Shown: piece after piece, positions 38,463 to 47,627 of the stretch | Layout: every line of letters starts with the position of its first letter | How positions within the stretch are numbered: the stretch's first letter is position 1 | Assembly (NCBI GenBank): GCA_012519515.1 | Contig: JAAYQC010000165.1 | Span: 1,753 to 65,752, forward strand | DNA length: 64,000 nucleotides | Reading direction: 5' to 3' | DNA from: Bacteroidales bacterium | Lineage (GTDB): Bacteria > Bacteroidota > Bacteroidia > Bacteroidales > VadinHA17 | Notes under the pieces: model-generated | Told to the model about the DNA's origin: nothing | What the model saw: the letters and a program-made list of their open reading frames with translations, nothing else | Databases searched by the model: none | Made by a program: the position numbers and the translations under genes

Positions 38463-39938
38463 TCAATATGATCTTGCAAAAACGACACGTCTTTTTGAAG
38501 GCTTCCCGGAATAAATGCAAAGGCCATCTTCTTCAGTGGAATCGAAAGGTATGCACCTGATGGTTGCTTTTGTTTCTTCCTTTATCTTTTCCTCCGTTTC
38601 AGTAGTCCCATCCCAGTGGGCAAGTACAAATCCTCCCCGGTTTTCGATAATATCGGTAAATTCTTTCCAGTCATCGGTTTTATAGGTATTATCATCGCGG
38701 AAATTCAGCGCTTTATTATATATGCTGGCCTGAATTTCAATAAACAGATCCTTTAATCTTTCGGGCAGGCCTTGTGCAGGCACCGTTTCTTTCTGCAGGG
38801 TGTCGCGACGGGCAAGTTCTACCGTGCCGTTTTCTATGTCGCGGGGTCCGATCGCTATCCTGACGGGAACTCCTTTCAGTTCATAGTCGGCAAACTTGAA
38901 ACCGGGCTTGAGGTTGTCGCGGTCGTCATACTTTACCGAAATACCAGCATTTTGAAGTCCGGTCATTATCTCCCTTGCCTTCTCACTGATAAGCTGAAGT
39001 TGTTCGTCGGTCTTGAATATCGGAACAATTACTGCCTGGAGTGGAGCAATCCGGGGCGGAAGCACCAGTCCGTTGTTATCGGAGTGTGCCATGATTAGCG
39101 CTCCGACCATCCTGGTCGACACTCCCCAGGAGGTGGCCCAAACGTATTCCAGCTTGCCGGTCCTGTCAGTGAACTGAACGTCAAAGGCTTTAGCAAAATT
39201 CTGTCCCAGGAAATGGCTGGTTCCTGCCTGAAGGGCTTTACCGTCCTGCATCAGAGCTTCTATGGTATAAGTGTCAACTGCTCCCGCGAAACGTTCATTT
39301 TCCGTTTTATATCCCTTTATAACAGGAAGCGCCATATGTTCCTTTGCAAAATCGGCATAGACATTTATCATCCTTTCAGTTTCTTCAACAGCCTCCTGAC
39401 TTGTAGCATGAGCTGTATGGCCTTCCTGCCACAGGAACTCTGCAGTCCTCAGGAACAGGCGGGTACGCATCTCCCATCTGACAACATTGGCCCACTGGTT
39501 AATGAGTATGGGAAGATCGCGGTACGACTGAATCCAGTTTTTATATGAATTCCAGATAATGGTTTCCGAGGTGGGACGTATGATAAGCTCTTCTTCCAGT
39601 TTTGCAGTGGGATCGACCACGATGCCCTTGCCACTCTCGTCAGTCTTCAGCCGGTAATGGGTGACAACGGCGCACTCTTTTGCAAATCCTTCAACATGTG
39701 CCGCTTCCCTGCTGAGAAAGGATTTTGGGATGAAAAGAGGAAAATATGCATTGACATGTCCTGTGTCCTTGAACATCTTGTCAAGTCCTGCCTGAATTTT
39801 TTCCCATATCGCGTAACCGTAAGGCTTGATAACCATGCACCCCCTTACTGCCGAATTCTCGGCAAGGTCAGCCTTGATCACGAGGTCGTTGTACCATTGT
39901 GCATAATTCTCCTCCCTGTCTGTAAGAAACTTAGCCAT
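38463..39938 (-). CDS. proS: proline--tRNA ligase (archaeal/eukaryote-like short type)
   Basis: 491 aa. Class II motifs ([35 protein letters not shown]) and a C-terminal ProRS-C domain ending in ...FARSY. Confidence 0.96.
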   Translation of the reverse strand: MAKFLTDREENYAQWYNDLVIKADLAENSAVRGCMVIKPYGYAIWEKIQAGLDKMFKDTGHVNAYFPLFIPKSFLSREAAHVEGFAKECAVVTHYRLKTDESGKGIVVDPTAKLEEELIIRPTSETIIWNSYKNWIQSYRDLPILINQWANVVRWEMRTRLFLRTAEFLWQEGHTAHATSQEAVEETERMINVYADFAKEHMALPVIKGYKTENERFAGAVDTYTIEALMQDGKALQAGTSHFLGQNFAKAFDVQFTDRTGKLEYVWATSWGVSTRMVGALIMAHSDNNGLVLPPRIAPLQAVIVPIFKTDEQLQLISEKAREIMTGLQNAGISVKYDDRDNLKPGFKFADYELKGVPVRIAIGPRDIENGTVELARRDTLQKETVPAQGLPERLKDLFIEIQASIYNKALNFRDDNTYKTDDWKEFTDIIENRGGFVLAHWDGTTETEEKIKEETKATIRCIPFDSTEEDGLCIYSGKPSKRRVVFARSY

Positions 39939-40244
39939 TTTCTGGTGAATAAGTGGATATTATTGTGACTATTAAAAAACCGGTCGTAAAATTAGTTAAA
40001 TAATGGAAATTTAAAATATTAAGCTTAACGCCGGGAATTAAATCAGTATAGCTGATTTCCTCACAAACTAAAAGCGACTGATAAGCGTTTTGAAAATAAT
40101 TGTTACTTTGTCAAAAAGAATTAAATTTGCTGAAACTGCGAACCTGCTTAGACCGCGAACCTGTAATGATCCTCATAACCGAATGTTTTGGTATGGATTT
40201 TGATATATGAAAAATGAATTAAACAAAAGGAAACAATAACCACG

Positions 40245-41588
40245 ATGAAAGCATCAAATTACATACTCGGCCTTGCCCTTCTGACTCTCGCCTCCTGCTC
40301 GTCAGGGCTTTATGTGGGAACAGAATATGATGACCTGTATTATGTGAGTTCTGATCAGCCGGTAACAAAAGCCAGGATCAGCGACCGGAATCAGATTTCG
40401 GAGGGCAATCTGAGATCAGAGTCATATTACGACAACATCTATGCCGCTGATACCCTGGTGTCAGATGAATATTCAGATGCTGTCGATTATGCTGATGCAG
40501 GATCTTACGACAACAGGTACGATTATTACGACGGCTCATATGCCGGAAGGCTGAACAGGTTCTACGGTAACTATTTCAACCCTTACTGGAGAGATCCTTT
40601 CTATTACGGCTTCTACCCCTCGTTCGGATTCAATAACTACTACTACGGTTTCCCGTACTCGTACTCGTACTACGATCCTTTCTACTACGATTTCTACAGC
40701 CCTTATTACAGCGGCTTCTATAGTCCTTACTACAGTGGTTTCTACAGACCTTACTACTATGGAAGCTATTATGGAATGGGTTATTACAGTCCTTTCTACA
40801 GTTCATGGTACTCACCCTGGTATTATGGCGGATATTACAGCCCATATACTTTCTCCGACAAGACTGTAAATTATGGCAGGAGAGACAGGCCCAGTACCAT
40901 GTCGACCAGCTGGTCAGGCGGAGGCGCCTCGGGTATATCCGGAACCAGCGGAACTACCGGAACTGCTTCATCAAGAAGAAGTACCGAACCTGTAACCGGA
41001 ACTCCTTCAACCGGTACCGTCAGTTCAACAACTTCGAGGAGAACAAGCACCCCGGTAGTCGGCTCTCAGCAGGCTGTTACAGGCCAGAGAAGAACCACCA
41101 CCGAGGGAAGCTCCGGCACTAGCGCCACCCAGTCGAGGAGACCTGCTTCAAGCCTTCCTGAATACAATTCAGTGAACAGATCCTATACTCCTACGTATAA
41201 TAATCAAAGGATGAGCACCAGACCTTCATACAACAATACAAGGGTGAACAGCGGAACTACCACTACCAGGCCTTCAGGCGTCCAGAGAAGCAGCTCATCA
41301 AGCTCCTCCGGAACCAGCAGAAGCAGTTCCTCCTACTCGGCTCCCTCCAGGTCCGGCTCAGGCTCATCATACAGCAACCCCGGTTCCTACACGGTTCCTT
41401 CAAGGAGAAGCTCAGGCAGCGGATACTCGTCAGGCTCATACTCCGGAGGCTCATCATACAGCGGAGGCAGCTCGGTGTCGAGAAGCAGCGGCTCTTTCTC
41501 CGGCGGCAGTTCATACTCCGGAGGATCCTCATCATCGGGAAGCTCATCATCATCATCCAGCCGATCGTCATCAGGCGGGAGAAGATAA
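40245..41588 (+). CDS. low-complexity lipoprotein: Tyr/aromatic-rich core and Ser/Thr/Gly/Arg-rich tail
   Basis: Signal peptide plus lipobox LTLASC. Residues 120-201 contain 33 Tyr in 82 aa by my count (YYSPFY, SGFYSPYY repeats). The C-terminal ~240 aa are dominated by S/T/G/R. Confidence 0.7.
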   Translation: MKASNYILGLALLTLASCSSGLYVGTEYDDLYYVSSDQPVTKARISDRNQISEGNLRSESYYDNIYAADTLVSDEYSDAVDYADAGSYDNRYDYYDGSYAGRLNRFYGNYFNPYWRDPFYYGFYPSFGFNNYYYGFPYSYSYYDPFYYDFYSPYYSGFYSPYYSGFYRPYYYGSYYGMGYYSPFYSSWYSPWYYGGYYSPYTFSDKTVNYGRRDRPSTMSTSWSGGGASGISGTSGTTGTASSRRSTEPVTGTPSTGTVSSTTSRRTSTPVVGSQQAVTGQRRTTTEGSSGTSATQSRRPASSLPEYNSVNRSYTPTYNNQRMSTRPSYNNTRVNSGTTTTRPSGVQRSSSSSSSGTSRSSSSYSAPSRSGSGSSYSNPGSYTVPSRRSSGSGYSSGSYSGGSSYSGGSSVSRSSGSFSGGSSYSGGSSSSGSSSSSSSRSSSGGRR

Positions 41589-41763
41589 TTAAAAACGAAT
41601 TAATTTATTGATTGTCAATGTATTCTGTACAGAATGCCTGGGTAGTCCATTAAATAATAAAAAATAAACCGAAACCTCCATGCTTCATCGAACTAACATA
41701 AAAGAATCTGAAATCAGGAGGGTTTCATATTTAATAAACGACAATAGTATAATAACAGCTATT

Positions 41764-43245
41764 ATGAAAAGGTCAGCAATAATAATCGCGGCAGCATTGC
41801 TTTTATCCGGTGGGATGAAAGCCCAGAATGCAGATGATGCCTTAAGATATTCCCAGATCTTCTATACCGGTTCAGCCAGGTTTATGTCGATGGGTGGCGC
41901 ATTTACCGCCCTCGGGGGCGATATGTCGACTTTCAGCCAAAACCCCGCGGGTATCGGTGTGTTCAGATCCTCTGAAATATCCGTGACGCCTCAGCTTCTT
42001 CATGCAAAGGCATCAGCCGGTTTCAACGGCATCAATGATGATTACCTTTATAATTTTAACCTCGGACAGGCAGGTGTTGTCGGAAACCTGATCAAGGGGA
42101 ACGGAACAACCGGATTGATCTCCCTTAATTTCGGTTATGCTTACAACAAGACTAATAACCTGAACAGTTCAACGCGAATCCAGGGGAACAGTTTAACCAG
42201 CTCGATGGCCGACTCCTGGGCTGATGATGGTTACGGAGTGTACTACGGCGACCTGGCGGGCGCTGCAGGAATCGCTTACGATGCCTGGATCATTGACACA
42301 ATTACCGGATCCGGAGCAAGATATTACGGTACTGTCTTTTCAAACTATGGCGATAATCCTTCTTCCGAATACGGTCAGAATATAAGACGGCTTATAAACA
42401 ACGAAGGATACACCGCTGAACATGCCATTACGATAGGAGGCAACTATTCGAACAAAGTCTACTTCGGAGCTACTCTTGGAATAAACACTATCAGGTATAC
42501 CGGGCACTTTGAGCATCTTGAAAGAGCTGATTACCTGCTCGATTCACAATTCAGCGATTTTACCTATGTTGAACATTTTGAAAATACCGGAACGGGGATT
42601 AACCTTAAGATTGGAGCCATAATCAGACCGATAGAGCAACTAAGGATAGGTCTTGCCTTCCATTCCCCCACACTTTACAAAATTGATGAGAGGTTTTACG
42701 ATAATATCAGCTCCAATTTTACCGATGGCGGGCATTATGAATTCTATAACGAAGATGTGGTTTATGAATATGCCCTGACATCTCCTTTCAGGGCGCTCGC
42801 CGGAGTGGCTTACCAGATTGAAAAGGCAGGGCTCATCAGCGTTGATTATGAATTCGTTGATTACAGCACGCTGAAGTTCTCGGAAACAGGCGATGGCTAT
42901 GATTACGGCGAAAAGAACCTGATGCTGAAATCAACTCTGAAACCTGTGCATAATGTGCGCGTGGGAGGAGAGTTGAGGTTTAATAAACTCTATTTCAGAG
43001 GAGGCTACGGCTATTACGGAAAAGTTTTTGCTGAAAGTGAGGTAAACAGGGATTTCTTCAACAGGTCCGTTTCTGCAGGCATCGGCTTCAGGGAGCAGAA
43101 CCTGAGCATCGACTTCGGTTTTACCAACCTGAGGAACGAACAGAAATATGTGCTTTACGATTCTTACTACGATACACCAATGGCCGATCTGATAAACAAC
43201 AGAAACATGTTCTCGGTAACATTTGGTTATAAGTTCGGCTTCTGA
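41764..43245 (+). CDS. FadL/OMPP1-like outer-membrane beta-barrel protein
   Basis: Signal peptide MKRSAIIIAAALLLSGGMKAQ, then SARFMSMGGAFTALGGDMSTFSQNPAGIG, which is typical of FadL/TodX-type barrels. C-terminal beta-signal ...TFGYKFGF. The ATG at 41764 is preferred over the listed start at 41680. Confidence 0.7.
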   Translation: MKRSAIIIAAALLLSGGMKAQNADDALRYSQIFYTGSARFMSMGGAFTALGGDMSTFSQNPAGIGVFRSSEISVTPQLLHAKASAGFNGINDDYLYNFNLGQAGVVGNLIKGNGTTGLISLNFGYAYNKTNNLNSSTRIQGNSLTSSMADSWADDGYGVYYGDLAGAAGIAYDAWIIDTITGSGARYYGTVFSNYGDNPSSEYGQNIRRLINNEGYTAEHAITIGGNYSNKVYFGATLGINTIRYTGHFEHLERADYLLDSQFSDFTYVEHFENTGTGINLKIGAIIRPIEQLRIGLAFHSPTLYKIDERFYDNISSNFTDGGHYEFYNEDVVYEYALTSPFRALAGVAYQIEKAGLISVDYEFVDYSTLKFSETGDGYDYGEKNLMLKSTLKPVHNVRVGGELRFNKLYFRGGYGYYGKVFAESEVNRDFFNRSVSAGIGFREQNLSIDFGFTNLRNEQKYVLYDSYYDTPMADLINNRNMFSVTFGYKFGF

Positions 43246-43271
43246 TGAACTTTATCTGAGATATATATTAT

Positions 43272-43298
43272 AAGGCGTCCTTTGAGACGCCTTTTTTT
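43272..43298 (+). terminator. rho-independent terminator
   Basis: AAGGCGTC-ctttga-GACGCCTT followed by TTTTTTT. Confidence 0.7.
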
Positions 43299-43899
43299 AC
43301 AAATACATGGCAGCATCGGGACCCAAATTGAATAAAAGGTCGATTATGCTTAAACCCGGTACAAAACCTTCCTTTCCGAATACCTGAATATATGGGTCGG
43401 AAATAAACTCCGGTTCATTTCCGGGTGAAATCTTATATCTGTAATCGTCAGGATTATCTCCGGGAGCTTTAAATGAAGAAGTGTAATTAATACACTTATT
43501 AATATTGAGAAGCTTGAGGCATTCCAGCATCAGTTCATGGTTAAGATCGATGAGAAAGCGGTGATTCTTATTGTAAATGCTGAACAGATTATCTGAATAA
43601 TAAAGGAAAAAGGGCGATCTTCCATAGGCTGAGCTTATTGACCGCGTATGTACCTGCAGCCATCGTTTTGACCAGTCGATACGGATATCCTTTACAGGCA
43701 TTTTCAGCATATTGCCCTTTGTAACAGGAACTGAAAGGTTCAGGATACCGTTGGAGGACAATATCCGGCATCTGTTCCTGTAGCTTTGTTTGATGTAGTT
43801 TTCTTCCCTTTCGATACTTACGGTATCAGCATCCCGTATGAGCCTGAAGTAGATGGCAGGGGGGAGGTATGCGGTTGAAAGGAGAAGCTTGCCGGCCAT
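43297..43899 (-). CDS. WbqC family protein
   Basis: LLSTAYLPPAIYF..., NYIKQSYRNRCRIL..., SIIDLLFNLG, the WbqC-like family pattern. Confidence 0.8.
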   Translation of the reverse strand: MAGKLLLSTAYLPPAIYFRLIRDADTVSIEREENYIKQSYRNRCRILSSNGILNLSVPVTKGNMLKMPVKDIRIDWSKRWLQVHTRSISSAYGRSPFFLYYSDNLFSIYNKNHRFLIDLNHELMLECLKLLNINKCINYTSSFKAPGDNPDDYRYKISPGNEPEFISDPYIQVFGKEGFVPGLSIIDLLFNLGPDAAMYL

Positions 43900-43908
43900 T
43901 ATAGCTGA

Positions 43909-44658
43909 TTACTTCATCTGGTTGATCATGCTCGCGGAGAAGGCGGCACCAAATCCGTTGTCGATATTTACGACCGTAACACCTGCCGAACAACTTGTTA
44001 GCATTGCCAGGAGAGCGGATATCCCTCCGAAACTGGCACCGTATCCGACACTTGTGGGGACCGCTATCACTGGTTTGTTTACCAGTCCTCCAACCACGCT
44101 TGCCAGGGCTCCTTCCATGCCCGCGATCACTATTACCACACGGCATTTCCTTATTTCGGGAAGCTTGTCAACCAGGCGGTGTATCCCGGCAACTCCCGCA
44201 TCGTAGATTCTCACCACTGTATTCCCTAACAGTTCGGCTGTCACAGCAGCTTCTTCCGCAACAGGAATGTCTGAAGTGCCGGCAGTGATAACTGCAATGG
44301 CAGTGTCGGGCTTTTCCATTTCATGGCAGGGGATGCTTATTATCCTTGCTTCAGGGTACCAGACAGCTTCAGGGAGAATCTCCCTGACCGCTTCATACAT
44401 TTCTTTCCCCGCTCTGGTCCCGATAATATTGTTATTCTTTGTTGCCATCAGCCTGAAGATACCAATGACCTGTTCCGTCGTCTTGCCTGCACAATATACT
44501 ATTTCGGGATATCCCGTCCTTATCTCCCTGTGATTATCGATTTTTGCATAGCCAAGATCCGTGTAGGGGAAGTCCTGTAGTATGTTCAGGACTTCCTCTA
44601 CACTTTTACTGCCGTCCCTTATCTCAGTAAGGAGTTTTTCAATATCGTTTCTGTTCAT
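43909..44658 (-). CDS. larB: nickel-pincer cofactor biosynthesis protein LarB (NaAD carboxylase/hydrolase, AIR-carboxylase-like)
   Basis: KIDNHREIRTGYPEIVYCAGKT, then the PurE-like ITAGTSDIPVAEEA and VIAGMEGALASVVGG. Confidence 0.88.
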   Translation of the reverse strand: MNRNDIEKLLTEIRDGSKSVEEVLNILQDFPYTDLGYAKIDNHREIRTGYPEIVYCAGKTTEQVIGIFRLMATKNNNIIGTRAGKEMYEAVREILPEAVWYPEARIISIPCHEMEKPDTAIAVITAGTSDIPVAEEAAVTAELLGNTVVRIYDAGVAGIHRLVDKLPEIRKCRVVIVIAGMEGALASVVGGLVNKPVIAVPTSVGYGASFGGISALLAMLTSCSAGVTVVNIDNGFGAAFSASMINQMK

Positions 44659-45467
44659 TTTCCTGTGTTTTCACCATCATACGAGCCTGATCTGTATCCT
44701 TCGAGATCCAAAGATACATATCTGAACCCGATTTTTTTCAGGCTGGCTGCAATCAGCTCCCTTTCAGGCAACTGAATCATCTTTTCAAGATATTCGGGAT
44801 GACATTCGATTCTCGCCAGCTTATCATGGATCCTGACCCTGGTTCCCGGATAACCGGCAGCGCTAAGGAAGTCTTCTGCCTGTTCCACCATTTCAAGTAT
44901 GTCAGGACCAACCGCTGTATTGTACGGTATCCGTGTCATAAGACATGTCATTGAGGGCTTATCCGCTATTTCAAGTCCTTCATCTCTTAACAGACTCCTT
45001 ATTTCCAGTTTGGTAAGACCGGCTTCCATCAATGGGCTTCTGATCCCCAGTTTCCTGAGAGCCATCAGACCGGGCCTGTACGAAACGGCATCATCAGCAT
45101 TGGAACCATCGGCCACATGTGCAAAACCATTTTCAGCTGCGAAACGAAGCAGATGATCGAAAAGTATCTTTTTGCAGATATAACACCTGGCGGGCGGGTT
45201 TTCCCTGATTTGGTCAGGAAACGGGAGCTCCAGTACCCTGTGGTTGATTTTATGGGCTTCCGCAAACCCGATGGCTTCTTCAATTTCCGACAGTGGAATA
45301 TAAGGTGTATGTAAAGTGACTCCCATAACCTTGTCCTTCAGTAATGTATGTGCCCGGAAGAGCAGATAGGAACTGTCAACGCCACCTGAAAAACCAATAA
45401 CAAAGGAATTCAGCTCACTGATCACGCTATCAAGCCTGTCCCTTTTGTTTTCAGTCATCGTTGTCAT
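44655..45467 (-). CDS. larE: ATP-dependent sacrificial sulfur transferase LarE (PP-loop ATPase)
   Basis: PP-loop GFSGGVDSSYLL and a candidate sacrificial Cys in PSMTCLMTRIPY. Overlaps the larB start by 4 nt. Confidence 0.85.
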   Translation of the reverse strand: MTTMTENKRDRLDSVISELNSFVIGFSGGVDSSYLLFRAHTLLKDKVMGVTLHTPYIPLSEIEEAIGFAEAHKINHRVLELPFPDQIRENPPARCYICKKILFDHLLRFAAENGFAHVADGSNADDAVSYRPGLMALRKLGIRSPLMEAGLTKLEIRSLLRDEGLEIADKPSMTCLMTRIPYNTAVGPDILEMVEQAEDFLSAAGYPGTRVRIHDKLARIECHPEYLEKMIQLPERELIAASLKKIGFRYVSLDLEGYRSGSYDGENTGK

Positions 45468-46643
45468 TTATTGTTTGCTAAAAGCCGACATGATATTGGC
45501 ATATACCTCCTTTATGGGAATGTTTCTCTCCAGGGCAATTTTTCTGCACTCTTCGTACTCGGGTTTTAGCGATACCTGCCTTCCGTTGAAAAGAGATCTT
45601 TTAAAGGTTACCTCGCCGTAAAGAGTGTTAAGCTTGAATATTTCCCTTGCAAGCGTATCCTTGCTGAATTCGAAGGTCCTCATACCCACTGTCGTTGACT
45701 CAGTGAAGATTATCTCCTTCAACCTGCCTTCGGCCCCTTTTTCGCAGATGACGCTGAGTTTTACACCCGGGCGGCCTTTTTTCATTATCACCTGGGTGAA
45801 GAACACATCGGCGGCGCCTGCCATAAATAGCTTTTCCGAAAGATGTTCATAAAACTCGGGATTCATGTCATCAATATTTGTTTCCAGGAGAACCGCCCTG
45901 TGCCCCTGTATCCGGTCACCGGCTGTTTCGCCGAGAAAAACCCTGAGAACATTCGGAACAGTCGGATGTTCCCTTTGTCCTATCCCATAGCCTGTTTTTG
46001 TTATTGAAAGAGCCGTTTGGTTTCCGAATCTGGTTCCGAGAGCTGTTACAATGGCAGCTCCTGTTGGTGTTGTTGCTTCAAAATCAACGCCTCCAAGCTT
46101 TATCGGGATTCCCCTGACTATTTCCGAAGTAGCCGGTGCGGGGACCGGGAGCCTGCCGTGGTCGCACATGACGAACCCGCTTCCAAGCTCAAGTTCTGAA
46201 ACATGGACGGCATCAACATCAAGGGCAGTATAGCAGATGGCTGCACCGGCAATATCAATAATTGAATCGATTGCTCCCACTTCATGGAAATGCACGTGGT
46301 CGAGCGCAACTCCATGAACTTTTGATTCAGCTTCGGCAATTCTCATGAATATCTTCATGCTCAGATCTTTGACCTTGTCGGATAAAGCGGAACCCTTTAT
46401 TATTCTTTCTATATCCGGAAGGTGCCGGTGAACATGTTCGTGCTTTGTTTGCCTTACGGTGACTTTTGTGCCCGATATCCCGTGACGCTGACTCTTTTCC
46501 GAGATAAGTTCCCAGCCTTCCAGATTGAGTTTATCCAGTTCCGACCTGAGAAAACTTACATCAATACCCAGATCGATCATTGCACCGAGGTTCATGTCGC
46601 CGCTGATACCCGAAAAACAATCATAATACAATACTTTCATCAT
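45468..46643 (-). CDS. larC: nickel insertion protein LarC (DUF111)
   Basis: MMKVLYYDCFSGISGDMNLGAMIDLG and HFHEVGAIDSIIDI. The start at 46643/46640 is preferred because the 19 extra residues in the listed ORF are encoded by the repeated leader element. Confidence 0.88.
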   Translation of the reverse strand: MMKVLYYDCFSGISGDMNLGAMIDLGIDVSFLRSELDKLNLEGWELISEKSQRHGISGTKVTVRQTKHEHVHRHLPDIERIIKGSALSDKVKDLSMKIFMRIAEAESKVHGVALDHVHFHEVGAIDSIIDIAGAAICYTALDVDAVHVSELELGSGFVMCDHGRLPVPAPATSEIVRGIPIKLGGVDFEATTPTGAAIVTALGTRFGNQTALSITKTGYGIGQREHPTVPNVLRVFLGETAGDRIQGHRAVLLETNIDDMNPEFYEHLSEKLFMAGAADVFFTQVIMKKGRPGVKLSVICEKGAEGRLKEIIFTESTTVGMRTFEFSKDTLAREIFKLNTLYGEVTFKRSLFNGRQVSLKPEYEECRKIALERNIPIKEVYANIMSAFSKQ

Positions 46644-46668
46644 GATATAATATTGATTTAAGTGGTAT

Positions 46669-46752
46669 GATGCCTGCCTGTCGGCAGACAGGGAACCCAC
46701 ATGACTAAAACTATATTAATGCATGTTTGTATTTGATACATGTGGGTTTCAT
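46669..46752 (-). promoter_or_regulatory. repeated leader element, copy 1 (upstream of larC)
   Basis: Sense strand: ATGAAACCCACATGTATCAAATACAAACA...CATGTGGGTTCCCTGTCTGCCGACAGGCAGGCATC. Near-identical blocks recur at 61513-61600, and a diverged copy at 63728-63808. Confidence 0.6.
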
Positions 46753-46801
46753 AAATAACCTTTTATATTGGAGTTTAGTAAATATGTCATTATGCATATT
46801 A

Positions 46802-46809
46802 CAAATATA
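46802..46809 (-). promoter_or_regulatory. candidate -7 box of the larCEB promoter
   Basis: The minus strand reads TATATTTG (TAnnTTTG) about 50 nt upstream of the leader element. No good -33 TTTG. Confidence 0.35.
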
Positions 46810-46867
46810 TATTCAATTTACCGCCTGATAAAAATGTCCGGCGACAAAAAGTGATAAAAATGGTGAG

Positions 46868-47062
46868 ATTACTTTGACCGACTACTATCACAAAACTACC
46901 TGATCTTGACATACAGAACCAGGAGCATAAGAATTACTTTAACATACTTTCATCATAAAACTCCCGGACCCTGATATGCCGGGACATAATCAAAAGGATT
47001 ACTGTATCATACACTGGTCACAAAACTCCATGGATATGACATGCTCTGAAGGAGCATCCATC
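46868..47062. repeat. three tandem degenerate 65-bp repeats
   Basis: Units start at 46868, 46933 and 46998, each opening with ATTACT and carrying TCAYAAAACTMC at the same offset. The second halves differ but each can form a small hairpin. Confidence 0.8.
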
Positions 47063-47619
47063 AACCGGCAGCTTCTCTGAAAGAGAAGGATTTTAATAAC
47101 CTCCGGTGAAACCGGAGGTACGGCATCCCCCCCCGGATGTTAAGCTCCGCGGGAGCGTGACTTTTATGGGAAATACCTTTCATCTATCTTAATACTGCTG
47201 ACTGTATAAGACATTTGTATTCCTCTTCAAAAGATTTCTTTTTGTGGTGCTCCTGTTGATTACTTATATATGTGCTGAAGACAAAAAGATACAGCGGTTA
47301 ACGATAGCTTGCCATAGCATTAGAGTTTTGGTAAATAATACAACGAGACCTAAGCAAGATACATGGCAACCCGGAAAATTGCCTGAGTCATCAGGGAATA
47401 ACTCTTTATCCCTTTCTACTGATAAATGTTGCCTTTTCGTGTGATGTGAGAAAAATTGATTTACAACAACTTATCCTTACTTATTTTATATATCAACCAG
47501 AGGAATGCAACGACATTTTGAAATATTATTCATGACTATCCACTTTACTGTTACCTTACCATGGTATGTCAGGGCTGGTTGAGCTATTAAATAATTGAAG
47601 TTATAATAAAAATATTTTG

Positions 47620-47627
47620 TATTTTTG
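47620..47627 (+). promoter_or_regulatory. candidate -7 box for the DUF362/polyferredoxin operon
   Basis: TATTTTTG matches TAnnTTTG, about 40 nt upstream of the ATG at 47668. The same 17-mer AATATTTTGTATTTTTG recurs at 61762-61778. Confidence 0.35.

Noticed and set aside
40630-41571. Antisense/alternate-frame ORFs within the Tyr/Ser-rich gene (40630..40845, 40805..41122, 41263..41571)
   Set aside because: These are artefacts of codon-level repetitiveness. Only the + strand frame has a signal peptide, a lipobox and a sensible start.
46644-46700. N-terminal extension of LarC in the ORF track (MGSLSADRQASYHLNQYYI...)
   Set aside because: The extra residues are encoded by the GC hairpin of the repeated leader element. 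The LarC family begins at MKVLYYD, so the start is set at 46643/46640.
46868-47062. Tandem 65-bp units considered as a CRISPR array
   Set aside because: The units are only about 60 percent identical along their whole length. There is no alternation of identical repeats with unique spacers, and no cas genes are in the window.
47072-47156. Hairpin cluster considered as RNase P RNA, tmRNA, SRP RNA or a cobalamin/Moco riboswitch
   Set aside because: The conserved cores I remember are absent or only superficially echoed (GGTGAAACC). These include GAGGAAAGUCC for RNase P, the tRNA-like end and tag ORF for tmRNA, the GGAA-tetraloop domain of SRP, and the B12 box.
47244-47444. 66-aa ORF in the large intergenic gap
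   Set aside because: It has a GTG start, no recognisable motif, no promoter-like context and atypical composition. It is kept only as part of the non-coding gap discussion.
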